A DNA stretch of 64,000 nt from Octopus bimaculoides (Eukaryota), in the NCBI RefSeq assembly GCF_001194135.2, contig NC_068987.1, positions 82,833,607-82,897,606 on the forward strand, given 5' to 3'. Position 1 is the stretch's first letter; the number at the start of each line of letters is the position of its first letter. The translations under genes and the position numbers were made by a program. Positions 50,911 through 64,000 of the stretch are shown here, piece after piece. Below the pieces are notes generated by a model. The model saw nothing but the letters and a program-made list of their open reading frames with translations, made no database searches and had not been told where the DNA came from.

Positions 50911-52139
50911 TGCATAAATCTCTCTGAGAGATTTAGAATTAGAAATGTATTATTTCTAAATGTAGTGAAATTCTGACAACCTTGTAGGATAGCAAGTCAA
51001 CTGTCCTAAACCATTTTAAAGGAGCATGTGCACTGCCAGGGAGGGACATTGTGGTGTGCACAGATGCTTTGTGAAGGCAGTTGTAGAAGTCGTTGAGAAG
51101 AGATATTGTTTTTTATGTGTTGTTTCTGATTTATATTTGTATTTTTATAACCTTGTAAATAAGTCCACGTTATAAGGTGGCATATACAGTGAGTTCAAAG
51201 AAGGACATAACAGTGTCGACGAGACACGACAAAGACATAGATAATCCTTTCTACTATATGCACAAGGTTTGAAATTTTGGGGAGATGGGTAGTCAATTAC
51301 ATTGAATGCCAGTGCTTAACTAGTACTTATTTCATCAACCCTGGCAGATAAAATGCAGATCATAAAGGCGAACAAAATGCAGATAAGCATTTTACCCCAC
51401 ATGCTAATGATTCTACCAGCTTGCTGCCTTCTTTACAAGATATAATAATGGTTTCAAATTTTGACGCAAGGCCAACAATTTCGGGGGATGGGGTGGGATG
51501 GGGGTGAGTCCATGACATTAACCCCAGTGCTCAACTGGTACTTATTTTATTAAACCCGAACAGATGGATGCCGAAGTGGACCTCAGCAGAGTTTGAACTC
51601 AGAACATAAAGACAGAAGAAACGCAGCTAAGGATTCTCTCTGGTATGTTAACAATTCTGCTAGATGGACACCTTATTTCCAAGACACAAAAATGCCTACC
51701 ATTTCTGGGTGAAATATACACGAGAGTATAATTTCCAGTTTTCCAGATTCAAATAAGGAAGAAGTATTAAACATTTTTTTTTAGTGTAAAACCACCAAAA
51801 TAACTGATGCTGTTTGTTTCCATTAGGAAAACCAATCCTTTGAAACCTCCATGTTATGTCTTTTGAAGTTCTTTGTGTCTGAAAGATGCAAGCAATACAT
51901 TAATGCTGCTTCAGCATGAAGGTCATATTTTTGGTTTGTTTTGGTATTTAATAATGGAAAGAAACAAGAAGAAGACAAACGAGAAGGGTTTGGTTACTCT
52001 TTATTATCAAGTGTGTAGAAATAGCATTCCACGGAAAATGTTGTCTTTATTTTTTACATTTTGTTTGTCTTGTGTTTGATACAAAAATACTGGGTTGTCA
52101 GATAAATTGATTCGTCTGTCCATTGATGTTAATCTTTTA

Positions 52140-52392
52140 TCTTTCGTCATTTGCTTGTTTCAGTCATTAGGCTACAACCATGCTGGGGCATTGCCAGGAA
52201 GAATTTTAGACAAGTGAATCGACCCCAATACCCATTTTTTTTTTAAAGCCTGGTACTTATTACATCACTGTCTTTTGCCAAACTGCTAAGTTACAGGAGT
52301 ATAAACACACCAATATCAGTTGTCAAGCAATGCTGGGTGACAAACACAGACACAAATACATGCACACATAGATATATATACATATCTATCTA

Positions 52393-52463
<71 letters not shown>

Positions 52464-52610
52464 GACTGGCTGCTTTCAGTTTCCATCTACCAAATCCACT
52501 CACAAAGCTTTGGTTTGGCTGAGGCTATAGTAGAAGACACTTGCCCAAGGTGCCACACAGTGAGACTGAACCCAGAACCATGAAGTTAGGAAACAAACTT
52601 CTTACCAAAC
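52140..52610 (-). mobile_element. SINE family 1, CpG-decayed copy
   Basis: Family diagnostic motifs with an internal (TA)n. Confidence 0.75.
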
Positions 52611-53335
52611 ATTTCACCTGGTGTGCTAACGTTTCTGCCAGCTCACCACCTTCAAAAATATTCTTTTCTACTCTAGGCACAAGGCCCAAAATTTAGGGTG
52701 AGTGGGGCCAGTAGATTAGATCGACTCCAATATGCAACTGGTACTTAATTTATCGACCCTAAAAGGGTCAGAACATAAAGACAGATGAAATACCACTAAG
52801 CATTTCACCCTGCGTGCTTACGTTTCTTATTTCTTTATTACCCCTCAAGTGACTAAACACAGAGGGGATAAATAAGGACAGACAAATGGAATAAGTCGAT
52901 TATATCGACCCCAGTGCATAACTGGTACTTATTTAATCGACCCCAAAAGGATGAAAGGCAAAGTCAACCTCGGTGGAATTTGAACTCAGAATATAGTGGC
53001 AGACGAAATACTGCTAAGCATTTTGCCCGGCATGCTAACCATTCTGCCAGTTTGCCGTCTTAGTAATGTACAGTATATAATGTACAGTATATAATGTACA
53101 GTATATAATTGACTGCTTTAAGGCAACAAGCTGGCAGAATTGTTAGCATGCCGGGCAAAATGCTTAGCGGCATTTCATCTATCCTTACATTCTGAGTTCA
53201 AATTCTGCTGTGGTCAACTCTGTCTTTATCCTTTTGGGGTCAATAAAGCAAGGACCAGTTGAGCACTGAGGTCAACGTAATTGATTTACCCCTCTCCCTG
53301 AACTTGTTGGCCTTGTGCCAATATTCAAAACCAAT
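52610..53335. mobile_element. SINE family 2 cluster with an inverted pair (about 52880-53060 on -, 53120-53335 on +)
   Basis: GCTAAGCATTTTGCCCGGCATGCTAAC and its reverse complement GTTAGCATGCCGGGCAAAATGCTTAGC lie about 110 nt apart. Confidence 0.8.
53064..53109. repeat. Perfect 14-bp tandem repeat (TAATGTACAGTATA)x3.3
   Basis: Read directly. Confidence 0.9.
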
Positions 53336-53539
53336 ATATTAACTGATATGTTAAAATTGTTGATGAAAAATAAGGATTAAAATAAATGGGAGGAAACAAA
53401 CAAATTTTTCTGGCAATCCATTAATAATGGTAGGGCATTTTTTTTATTTTCTGAAAGCTAGGAATTTCATAGAAGAGAAGATTTCATAGTACAACTGTTG
53501 ATATAATTTGCATATATAGATATAATTAAGTTATATATT

Positions 53540-53910
53540 CCTTTATTCTTTTATTTGATTCAGTCATTTGTCTGCAGCCATGCTGGAGCACCGCCTTTAG
53601 TCGAATAAATCGACCCCAAGACTTATTCTATTTGTCTCTTTTGCTGAACTGCCAGGTTACGGGGTCATGAACACAACAACATTGGTTGTCAAGCAATGGT
53701 GGGGGGGGACAAACAGACACACACACACACACACACACGCACACACATATATACGATGGGCTTCTTTCAGTTTCCATCTACCAATTCCTCTCACAAAGCT
53801 TTAAGCTATAGTAGAAGACACTTGCCCAAGGTGCCACGCAGTGGGACTGAACCTGGAACATTGTGGTTGGTAAGCAAGCTACTACTTACCACACAGCCAC
53901 TCCTGTGTCC
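53540..53910 (-). mobile_element. SINE family 1
   Basis: Family diagnostic motifs. Confidence 0.75.
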
Positions 53911-53982
53911 ATATAACTATGTTATATCTTTCAGTATGATACAAATCAGAGACCATCAAATTATAATTTCATATATGCACAT

Positions 53983-54034
<52 letters not shown>

Positions 54035-54434
54035 TAATATGTTTATTTATTGACTATGTTCTGTTGACTCAATAACTGTATTTCCGAAACATTAATCTTG
54101 ACACGGGTTTGAACTAACTTTTCAGCTTAATGAAAATCAAACTAATGACTATCCCCTCTCACGTATTGATACAATTAACAGTATACCCAACACATGCACA
54201 CACACACACTTGCATACGCATGCACACACACACATGCACATGCATAATATACATAAGCACGCATACACTTATATAATACATACAGGTATACAAAAACACA
54301 CTTGCATATAATATACAGAGATACACACACACACACACATATATATATTATATACATAGACGCATACACACACACATATAATATATAGAGATACACACAT
54401 ATGCATGTGCATATGTGTATGTATGTATATTTTA

Positions 54435-54529
<95 letters not shown>

Positions 54530-55718
54530 GTATATATATTTATATATATATAATATACATAGATGCATACAGACATGATATATATATATAGAAGCACACA
54601 CATACACATATATTAAATATATATATAAACACATTTATATATAATAAGCATTATGTATAAACACTTGTACTTATAATATAAATACACACACATATATAAT
54701 ATCCAGACACACACATATATAATATACATAGTTATGTGCGCATGCACACACACATACACACATATTATATATAGGCACACACACACATATTATACATAGG
54801 TACACACACACACATCCACATTATACATAGGCACACATACACACATGTATTGGAAATACTGACAAGAAAAATGAAAAAAAAAAAAAAAAAGAAACTGAAG
54901 CATTTATTGTCAGAAATATGTTAGTTTAATCATTTTACACTCTGAAACTGCAAGTAAGGAGAAATAAAAATGTAAAACGTCCAATATTTTAGAATTATGA
55001 GATGATGATTTGTTGAAAAAGAAAAATTTTGACTAAAAATACATTTTGGCTAAAATATATGAATATAAGAAATTAAACGGTGAAAAGGAAACATTTTAAA
55101 TTTATCTCTAGTTTTATTGCTTAAATAATCTAGGCAAGAACTTGCTTATTGTATTAAATATGTTCTTTAATTTCTGATCATATATTAATAAAAATGTGAT
55201 AACGAAAATTGCTCAGTCTTAAGAAGAAAGACTTTAAATTATGACTGCAACTAAGAGAAAGCTAAATCTTCCCCATCATCATCATCGTCATCGTCATCGT
55301 CATCATCCTTGGCTGCAGCAGCATTATCATCATCATCATCACCATCATTATTTAACGTTCACTTTTCGATGCTTGCATGGGTCACACAGAATTTGTAAGA
55401 GCAGATTTTCTCTGGCCGGGTGCCCTTCCTGTTACTGAGTGTCACCTGTTTCCTAGCAAGGTAATATTTCCCCAAAGCCAGACAATGATTTTTCTTAGGA
55501 GACTGGAAACAAACAACCTTACATGTTTGACAATGTTGCTCATTTACAGCCATCGTATTATGTCTAGACAAGACGCACAATCACACACATACACATACAT
55601 ACATATATATACACACACAAGTAGGCACATATGTGCAAAACAATGTGGAAAAAATAGTACTCGAATACCCACAAGTTGAGTAATATACTTTATTATAAAG
55701 TCTACAAAATATTCATAG

Positions 55719-55760
55719 AACTGACACTCAGAGTTTCACATTACTGTTCGTCAGACAGTT
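55719..55760 (-). ncRNA. Type I hammerhead-like motif, left arm of an inverted pair
   Basis: Minus strand AACTGT-CTGACGA-ACA-GTAA-TGT-GAAA-CTCTGAG-T-G-TCAGTT: canonical core, GNRA-capped stem II, near-palindromic helix III. The cleavage triplet reads GUG. Confidence 0.65.
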
Positions 55761-55761
55761 T

Positions 55762-55803
55762 AATTGTCCAAAGAACAGGAACATGAAACTCTGAGTAGCA
55801 GTT
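55762..55803 (+). ncRNA. Type I hammerhead-like motif, right arm of an inverted pair (decayed core)
   Basis: AATTGT-CCAAAGA-ACA-GGAA-CAT-GAAA-CTCTGAG-T-A-GCAGTT: homologous to the 55719-55760 copy. GUA triplet kept, core damaged. Confidence 0.5.
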
Positions 55804-55919
55804 CTGTGAATATTTTGCAGCTTTTATTATAAAGCATATATCTATATATAGAAATATGTACACATACATACATACATACATACATACATACGTACATACA
55901 TATATATATATACATATAC

Positions 55920-55972
<53 letters not shown>

Positions 55973-56654
55973 TAGATAGATATACATACATATATTTACC
56001 CAAGTAAACACATAAATGTGAAACAAGGTGGGAAAAAATAGTACTCGAATACCGGAGGTAGAGTAATATGCTTTATTAGTAAAGCTGCAAAAACATCATA
56101 AAAGCATCACAAAAAACTGCTACTTATATGTGTGTGTGTGTGTATGTATATGTACGTATATATGTTGGGCTTCTTTCAGTTTCTGCCTACCAAATACACC
56201 CACAAAGCTCAAGTAGATGGCTTTTATCAAGGTGTTCTGCAGTGGAATTGAATCTAGGACCATGTGGTTGAGAAGTAAATCTCTTTACCACACAGCCTCA
56301 CCTGTACCTACACTCACACACACATTTTTCATACTAATGAAGAATATTTCTGTAAAATTTAGTCGAAGTCTATGAACATTCCTTGCACTGTCTGCAATAA
56401 TTACACTTGTATGGCAGCAATGAAACAAAGAAATTATGACTTCCTCTAAAGCAAAATTTGGTGCCGTTGATAAACATACTGTTATGTGGCTAAATTATCT
56501 CAATTTAACCATATAACATTTAATTTAATTTAACAATATTCAAATTATATTTAATTTATTCTAAATATAATTATGAATATTCTATGACTATTAAAAATTT
56601 TCAGTCCATCCACATTTACAGTTTACTGCATTCACCCCCATCTCCATCGCAATA

Positions 56655-57230
56655 TAACAGCGAGCTGGCAGAATCGTTAGTACGCTGGGCGAAATGCTTA
56701 GTGGTATTTCATCTGTCCTTACATTCTGAGTTCAAATTCCGCCGAGGTCGACTTTGCCTTTTATCCTTTCAGGGGTGATAAATTAAGTACCAGTTGTGTA
56801 CTGGGGTCAATCTAATTGACTGGCCCCCTCCCCAATAATTCGAAATGCTTAATGGTATTTCATTCGTCTTTATAGACTGAGTTCAAATTCCACCAAGGTC
56901 GACTTTGTCTTTCATCCTTTTGGGTTGAGAAAATAAGGACCAGTTGAGTGCAGGGGTCAATGTAATTGACCTGGCCCTTCCCATAATATCACTGACCTTG
57001 TGCCAAGATTTGAAACCTAGCTGGCAGAATCGTTTGCAGACACCAGGCAAACTGCATAGCAGCATTTTGTCTGTCTTTACATTCTGAGTTCAAATTCCAC
57101 TGAGGTCAACTTTGTCTCTCCTCCTTTCCGAGTTGATAAAATAAGTACCAGTTGAGCACTGGGGTCAATGTTAGTCGACTTACCCCTTTCCCCAATATCA
57201 CTGACCTTATGCCAAAATTTGAAACCAATA
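56655..57230 (+). mobile_element. SINE family 2 head-to-tail trimer
   Basis: Three consecutive copies of CTGAGTTCAAATTCC..GTC(G/A)ACTTTG..ACCAGTTG..GGGGTCAAT. Confidence 0.8.
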
Positions 57231-57714
57231 TACCAACCATTCTCCTATCACATTCTCATGCACATACCTACCTATTTACCCAAGCCAATCCTCTGGAATA
57301 CTTCTTTTATGTTTACCTTCCTGTAACTTAAGGGTCCACCCTAACCTTAACCCTTCACCAACATCTTTTCTCCTCTTACAACTGCTGTACTCATGTTTCT
57401 TCTCTACAGTAAGACACCTGTTTCTGTCCCTCTGTTGTACTTTAAACCTCTCATCTGGCATAAAGCCACCTCCTTCAATACTACACTCCCACCTCAATTG
57501 AAGGGTCTTGTGAGTTAATTGGTGATCTCATTTGTGCCAGTGCCACATAAAAAGCACCCGGTACATCCAATGAATTTTTGGGGGCATCAGGATAGGCATC
57601 AAGCCATAGAAACTATACCAAATCAGACATTGGAGCTTAATGCAGTCCTCTGGTTCAGCAGCTCCTGTCTAACTGTCCAGCCCATGCTAGCATGAAAAAC
57701 AGTCATTAAACAAT

Positions 57715-57995
57715 GATGATAATGGTGGTGGTAGTGGTGGTGATTTTGGTGGGGATTGGTGGTGGTGATGGAGATGGTGGTGGTGGTGGTAGTGATGTTG
57801 ATGATGGAGGTGGTGGTTGTGGTGGTGATTATAATGAAATAGTGGTGGAGGTGGTAGTGAAATGGTGGTAATAGTGATGAAATAGTGGTGGTTAGGGTGG
57901 TGGTGGTTGTAGCAGTGGTGGTTGTAGCAGTGGTTTTTGCAATGGTGGTAGTGGTGGTGGTGGTGGTGGTGGTTGTAGCAGTGGTTTTCACGATG
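57715..57995. repeat. (GGT)n/(GTA)n degenerate trinucleotide tract
   Basis: Read directly. Confidence 0.85.
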
Positions 57996-58606
57996 GTGGT
58001 GACAGAGTGCTCCTTGTATGCATTTTACGCACATATATATCTGCGTAAATGTAGATTTTCAGATTTATTCTTGTTTGGTAAGCATTCTATTTGTATTTTA
58101 ATAGATTTAGCAGTTTATACCTTCTCAATGGCTAAGATGAGTAAAAGTGCTTTGTAGCACACATCTTTCAAAAGTCTGTATATTATATTAAAAAAAGCTA
58201 AAGAAACCTGCTGCTCTTACAACCTCAAAGCTCTCTGTTATTATTCTACAGTTAACAACCAGGCATGTTTTTTTTTTTTTCTAAAAGTATTCCTTTTACC
58301 TTCGTCTTAATGCTGCTAATTTAGAAATGATATTTGCACCAGAAGTCACATCCTGAATACAACATTCTGTATTCCTTTGAATACGTTCTGACAGCAGGAT
58401 AATAATAATAATGATGATGATTATGATGATGATAATGATAGTGATGATGATGATGATGATGATAATGATGATGATGATTTGGCAGATGGAAACTGAAAGC
58501 CTGTCATATATATGTGCACGTGTGCGTGTATGTTTGTGCATGTGTATGCGTGTGTGTGTATGTAAATGTGTGTGTGTGTGTGTGTGTGTGTGTATAAATA
58601 TATATT

Positions 58607-58669
<63 letters not shown>

Positions 58670-59057
58670 AGACAGAGATAGGTGTATAGAAATCTTCATC
58701 ATCATCATCATCATCATCATTGTTTAACATCCGTTTTCCATGCTGGCATGGGTTAGATGGTTTGACAGAGGTCTGGAGAGCCAGTAGGCTGCACCAGGCT
58801 CTAATCTGATCTGGCAATGTTTCTACAGCTGGATGCCCTTCCTAATGCCAACCACTTTGATAGTGTAGTGGGTGCTTTTTACATGCCACTAGCACAAGAG
58901 CTAGTCAGGCAGTCTTGGCATCGATCTCGTTTGGACGGTGCTTTTTACATGCCACCGGCATGGGAACCAGTCAGGGGTTACTGGTATCAGCCACGTTCAG
59001 ATGATGCTTTTTACATGTCACTGGCATGGGAGCCAGTCAGGGGGTACTGGCATCAAA

Positions 59058-59099
<42 letters not shown>

Positions 59100-60072
59100 A
59101 GGTGCAATGGCCCAGTGGTTAGGGCAGCGGACTCGCAGTCGGAGGATCGCGGTTTCGATTCCCAGCCCAGGCATTGTGTATGTTTATTGAGTGAAAACAC
59201 CTAAAGCTCCACAAGGCTCTGGCAGGTGATGGTGGTGACCCCTGATGTACTCTTTCGCCCCAACTTTCTCTCATTCGTTCTTCCTATTTCTTGAATAAAG
59301 CTGCGATGGACTGCTTAACAGCACCAAAGATCTCCGTCACCTGTCATAGCCTCCATGAGGCCCGACACTTGAACGGTACTTTTTATGTGTCACCAGTACA
59401 GGTGCCAGTCAGATGGCACTGGCATCAGCCATGGCTACAATTTCACTCAGCTCAACAGGTCTTATTAGAAAAAGATACCAATCCTATATTAATCAGTTTA
59501 TAAGGCACATATTTTAATATGTGAAAAAAAAACCCCAGAAATTTGCCAACATGTCAGAACCAAATCGATCATCATCATCATCATCATCATCATTATTTAA
59601 CGTCCATTGTCCATACTGGCATGGGTTGGATGGCCTGACCAGGACTGGTAAGCTGGAAGGCTGAACCAGACTCCAGTCTGATTTGGCATGGTTTTCTATG
59701 ACTGGATGCCCCTCCTAATGCCAACCACTCTGAGAATGTAATAGGTATTTTTACATGCCACCAGCACGGGTACTATTACATTCCATTGGCACAGGTGCCA
59801 GTTTGCATGAAACCAGTATCTGCTATGACTATGATTTCATTTGGTTTGATGGGTCTTCTTTTCAAGCACAGTATATTGCCAAAGTTCTTAGCCTTTATAT
59901 GGGCAGAAATGAATGTGAAACAAATTTTTATTGCAACATAAAAAACTACATTTAAAAAACAGCTCCTTTTATTAATATATATATATTTATAAAAAAAAAA
60001 TAGAACATTTTGTTGTTGTTCATATTTTATTAATTTCATGATGATTTATTTATTGCATTTTATCTTTCACAG

Positions 60073-60140
60073 GAATTTTTTGGATGGCATGGTTTTCAAA
60101 ACCTGTACAAAGTACAATGGGATATGATATCACCAAATAG
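60073..60140 (+). CDS. Candidate internal exon (68 nt), gene unknown
   Basis: Acceptor ttttatctttcacAG and donor AG|GTAAGA. One frame is open throughout (EFFGWHGFQNLYKVQWDMISPN). No homolog recognised. Confidence 0.3.
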
Positions 60141-62784
60141 GTAAGACAAAGTTATCTACGGCTAAGAATAATACATGACTATATAAATTTTGCATGATTA
60201 GACATCACTAATGAAACTAAATCAATGATTATCTAGAGTAAAACGAGAGGAAAAACTCCATTAATTTATTTTGTGTGAGTCTTTTTGTCCGCTTGTTTAA
60301 TTTTCTTTTACCTGACCATATTTTCAGTTGTGGTTTTGTTTGTTTTTTCCTGTTTCAATAAGACAAATCAATTTAACCTCAGTACATTGACCACATGAAA
60401 CAAGAATGTAAAAAAGAACACACAAAAATCCACAAAAACACAAACACAAAAATTGTATGCTGAAGACAAAACAATGGATTGTATTATCCATTCCAAGAGA
60501 AATTTTCATTAGGAACCTTTAAAATCATGTTTGTTTGTTGAACATTAACCACTAGTGTACAGTCGATGTTTTACAATGAAGACAACATTTCTTCCTTAGG
60601 CTTAAATAATGAAATAACTGCATTAGAAGACTAAATTCATTTTAAAGGGAAGATTTTCCTTGTTATGGTTCTAGCATTCCAACATGCCAGTGCTTCAGTG
60701 AAAGATAAATTAATTTTTAAGTAGTTTGAAACAAAACAGGTTTTGGCAATTTTGCCAGACTTTATAATTTTATCACAAAACATTGATATTAGTTTATATG
60801 TAATACATGAGCTGAGAGAATCATATGAGATGTAAACCTATCATTTTCAAGCTGAATGTGAAATGCTAGCTAAACTAAATATTTCTGTTTTTTTGTAAAC
60901 ATGACTACTTTATACATTTCGGTCTTACTGCAGTCATTAAAGTATGAAACTAGTAAGAAGAATGTTATGTTTCCTAGGATAGTATATCAATCTATATATT
61001 AGCAACTGAGGCAGTATTAATACTGAAAGATAATATTTATCTCCACTTAAACGTGGTTGTTCCATTAGAACAAGCTATACTGTGGTAGTTCCTATGAGAG
61101 AACCACTCATATTGACTTTTTTTTGGGGGGGGGGGGTGCAAAATCCACTCTTGTTTATATTGCTAGCAGAAAGATAAATCTCGGCTACACCCAGCACCAA
61201 TCTTTCTTAAGACTATTGCCTAGAGTGGGGCATTTTTAAAGTCTATCACTGCATACCAAGGCAATGAAAGATGCAGGCATATTTAGACTACCTCTTCCTC
61301 TGCTTGTTGCCTCCTCTTTCCTGAGCCACCTTTACCCCTCTCATCTCCCCCCTCCATACTGATATTTACCACCGACCACACCTTCACCCTTTTCCATCAC
61401 TCATTATATCCACCTCTTGCCCAATCTTTAACCATCTGTCACTCTTAGGGAATTGCCCATCCTTTTCTTCCCTCCCAAACCCTTATACTCACCTTCTTAT
61501 CCCTTGAGAATACACACTAGCACTCTGTCACCACCATTTTTATCTCTCTTCTAGTTGTAAACACCTTCCCTCACATAATGTGGGGGCACGTGGCTTAGTG
61601 GTTAGGGTGTTAGACTCATGATTGTAAGATTGTGGTTTTGATTCCTGGACTGGGCAACACGTTGTGTTTTTGAGCACACTTCATTTCACATTGCTCCTAC
61701 CCACTCAGCTGGCAAAAATGAGCAATCCTGCGACAGATGGGCGTTGTGTCCGGGTGGCAAATTTATGTACCATGAAACCAGGAAACTGGCCCTTATGAGT
61801 CAATATAACCCCATAAGGTAACTTTACCTTTACCCTCTATAATGCAAGGTAGCCATGTTCTTGTCCCTCTATCATACTTTAACCTTCAACACCTGACATA
61901 AAGCACCACGCCTCCTCTCAAATACACCCACTCTCTTATCAAGGTTTTTTTTTTTTATCCCTTTTCATTCTTTACTTCATCTTGCAAGTCACTTGGCAAC
62001 CTCACAAGAGCTGGAGTCACAAGAAAAGCATCCAGTACATACTGTAAAATGGTTGGCATTAGGAAAGCCATCAAACCATAGAAATCATACCAGAGCTAAC
62101 ACTGGGGCTCAATATAGCTCTGAGTTTGTGTTGGATCCTGTTTATATCAAAATGGAGAAGCATACCAACAATTCCATGTCATTCACTTGAACAACCGTGG
62201 AAATCTTTCCCATATTAAACCTCTGGCTGCTTTGTTAATCTACAAATAAAGATTATTTATCCACCAATGCAGTGTTGAGCATTCATTATCACTAAAGCAT
62301 GCATATGTGTGCGATAAGCGAAATACAGGCATGCGACTGAAGGCAGATTTACTTCTGCCTTTATAGTGCGTAAAGAAAACATTGTTGTAGGAATGTACAC
62401 AGCATGTGTACTACAGCAGTCCTATGCATAGCTTTAATACTGAGATTGAAAGGCAGGGGAAAATTATGCCTACCTAATCTACAAAGAAATAAAATATTTT
62501 ATATTTTATGCAGAGTAATCAGAATAACCTTCATTATTTTATTGAATTAGGTGCATATTTTGCCATAAAAGGAAAATGTTACTATCAGTCTATTTTATTC
62601 AGGGTAGGCACTGCCTAATTAGCCTACCAAGGTAGCACGTCCCTGATATATATATATATACATTTCCTCATTTAACATCTGTGTTCCATATACTTGTGTG
62701 TGTGTGTATGTGAGTGTGTGTGTGTGTGTGTGTATGAGTGTGTGTGTGCTTGTGTATGTGAGTGTGTGTGTGTATTTTCTTTTA

Positions 62785-62989
62785 TTTTCCTTTATTTGTT
62801 TCAGCCATTTCCCTGCGGCCATGCTGGAGCACCGCCTTTTAGCCGAACAAATTGACCCCAGGACTTATTTTTTGTAAGCCTAGTACTTATTCTAGAGGTC
62901 TCTTTTGCCGAACTGCTAATTAATAGGGACGTAAACACACCAACATTGGTTGTCAAGTGATGGTGGGGGAGACAAACACAGACACATAA

Positions 62990-63035
<46 letters not shown>

Positions 63036-63205
63036 GACAAGCTTCTTTCAGTTTCCATCTACCAAATTCACTTACAAAGCTTTGGTCAGCCCGAGGTTAT
63101 GGTAGAAGACAGTTGCTCAAGGTGCCACACAGTGGGACTGAACCCAGGACCATTGTTTGGAAGGAAGCTTCTTACCACACAGCCACTCCTGCACCTACAC
63201 AGCCA
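62785..63205 (-). mobile_element. SINE family 1 (a further copy on + lies at about 63712-63975)
   Basis: Family diagnostic motifs. Confidence 0.75.
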
Positions 63206-63272
63206 CTCCTTGCTTATATCATTATCCTCATCATCATCATCACCATTGTTAAACAATGATGATAGCGATAAT

Positions 63273-63306
<34 letters not shown>

Positions 63307-64000
63307 TGTGAGTATATGGAACACAGATGTTGAATGACGATAGAGATATAAACAGACAGACAGACAGATAGATGTATGTATTTGTAAAATAGAACATTCC
63401 TTGCACACAACTGAAGAAAAGTGGAAAGGAAGAGATATGTGCATGTGTGTGTGTGTGTGTGTGTGTGTCTGTGGTTTCTGTTCTGTATTGTTCAATGAGA
63501 TAAGCAGACAACACTGAAGTATTGGAAAACACATTTTTCAATCAGTTTTTGTTTTACTGGAGACATGAAATAATTGATCTGTGATTTTATTTATTTCTTT
63601 GTTTGGCATCTCTGTCTGTGAATCCATACTTTTATGTGCTTCCATGCATTTTGCACAAAAGTTTTAAATTGATTTATTATTATATTACAAAATAATAATA
63701 TAATTACAGACATGGGCACGGCCATGCAGTTAAGAAGCTTGCTTTGCAATCACCTGGATTTAGGTTCAGTCCTACTGCATGGCACCATGGACAGATGTCT
63801 TCTACTATAGCCCCAGGCTGACCAATGCTTTGTGAGTGGATTTGGTAGATGGAAACTGTGTGGAAACCCATCATGTGTGTGTGTGTGTGTGTGTATTTTG
63901 CACTTGCACTGCCACATTCACTTGACAACTGATGTTGGTTTGTTTGTGTCCCCATAACTTAGCTGTTCAGCAAATTTTATCCTTAATTATATTTAAATAT

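Larger units (their letters stand above)
55631..56128. mobile_element. Three partial copies of a hammerhead-bearing pLTR-like repeat in inverted plus direct arrangement
   Basis: 55631-55760 and about 56015-56128 are homologous in the same orientation. 55762-55840 is an inverted copy of the left copy's 3' part, roughly 80% identical by eye. A (TA/CA)n tract lies between. Confidence 0.6.

Overview
Eukaryotic (animal) genomic DNA, AT-rich, with 12 N-gaps and a very high load of microsatellites and SINEs. The SINE families and microsatellite density look like an octopus/coleoid cephalopod assembly; this is inferred from recognised SINE domains, not from a search. I find no complete protein-coding gene. 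Nearly all long ORFs in the supplied track are translations of (TA)n/(CA)n/(CAT)n/(AAT)n repeats or N-gaps. Supportable content: two decayed Penelope-like retroelements (RT and/or GIY-YIG remnants); 3' fragments of a CR1-group LINE and an RTE-like LINE with C2H2 fingers; at least four SINE families in many copies; a degenerate tRNA-Asp heading an apparent SINE; mariner-, pogo-, hAT- and Helentron-type non-autonomous DNA elements, several nested with SINEs; two long fold-back families; and a few weak candidate exons and promoters. The most interesting signal is seven minimal type I hammerhead-ribozyme-like motifs at six loci, apparently from several unrelated element families. Two read UUGAAAA (compensatory U3:A8 core pair), three carry an extra A after A9, and two form a head-to-head inverted pair. 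A second large-scale signal is a shift from CpG-retaining DNA (about 1-17 kb) to CpG-depleted DNA (about 19-64 kb). Repeat boundaries are approximate.
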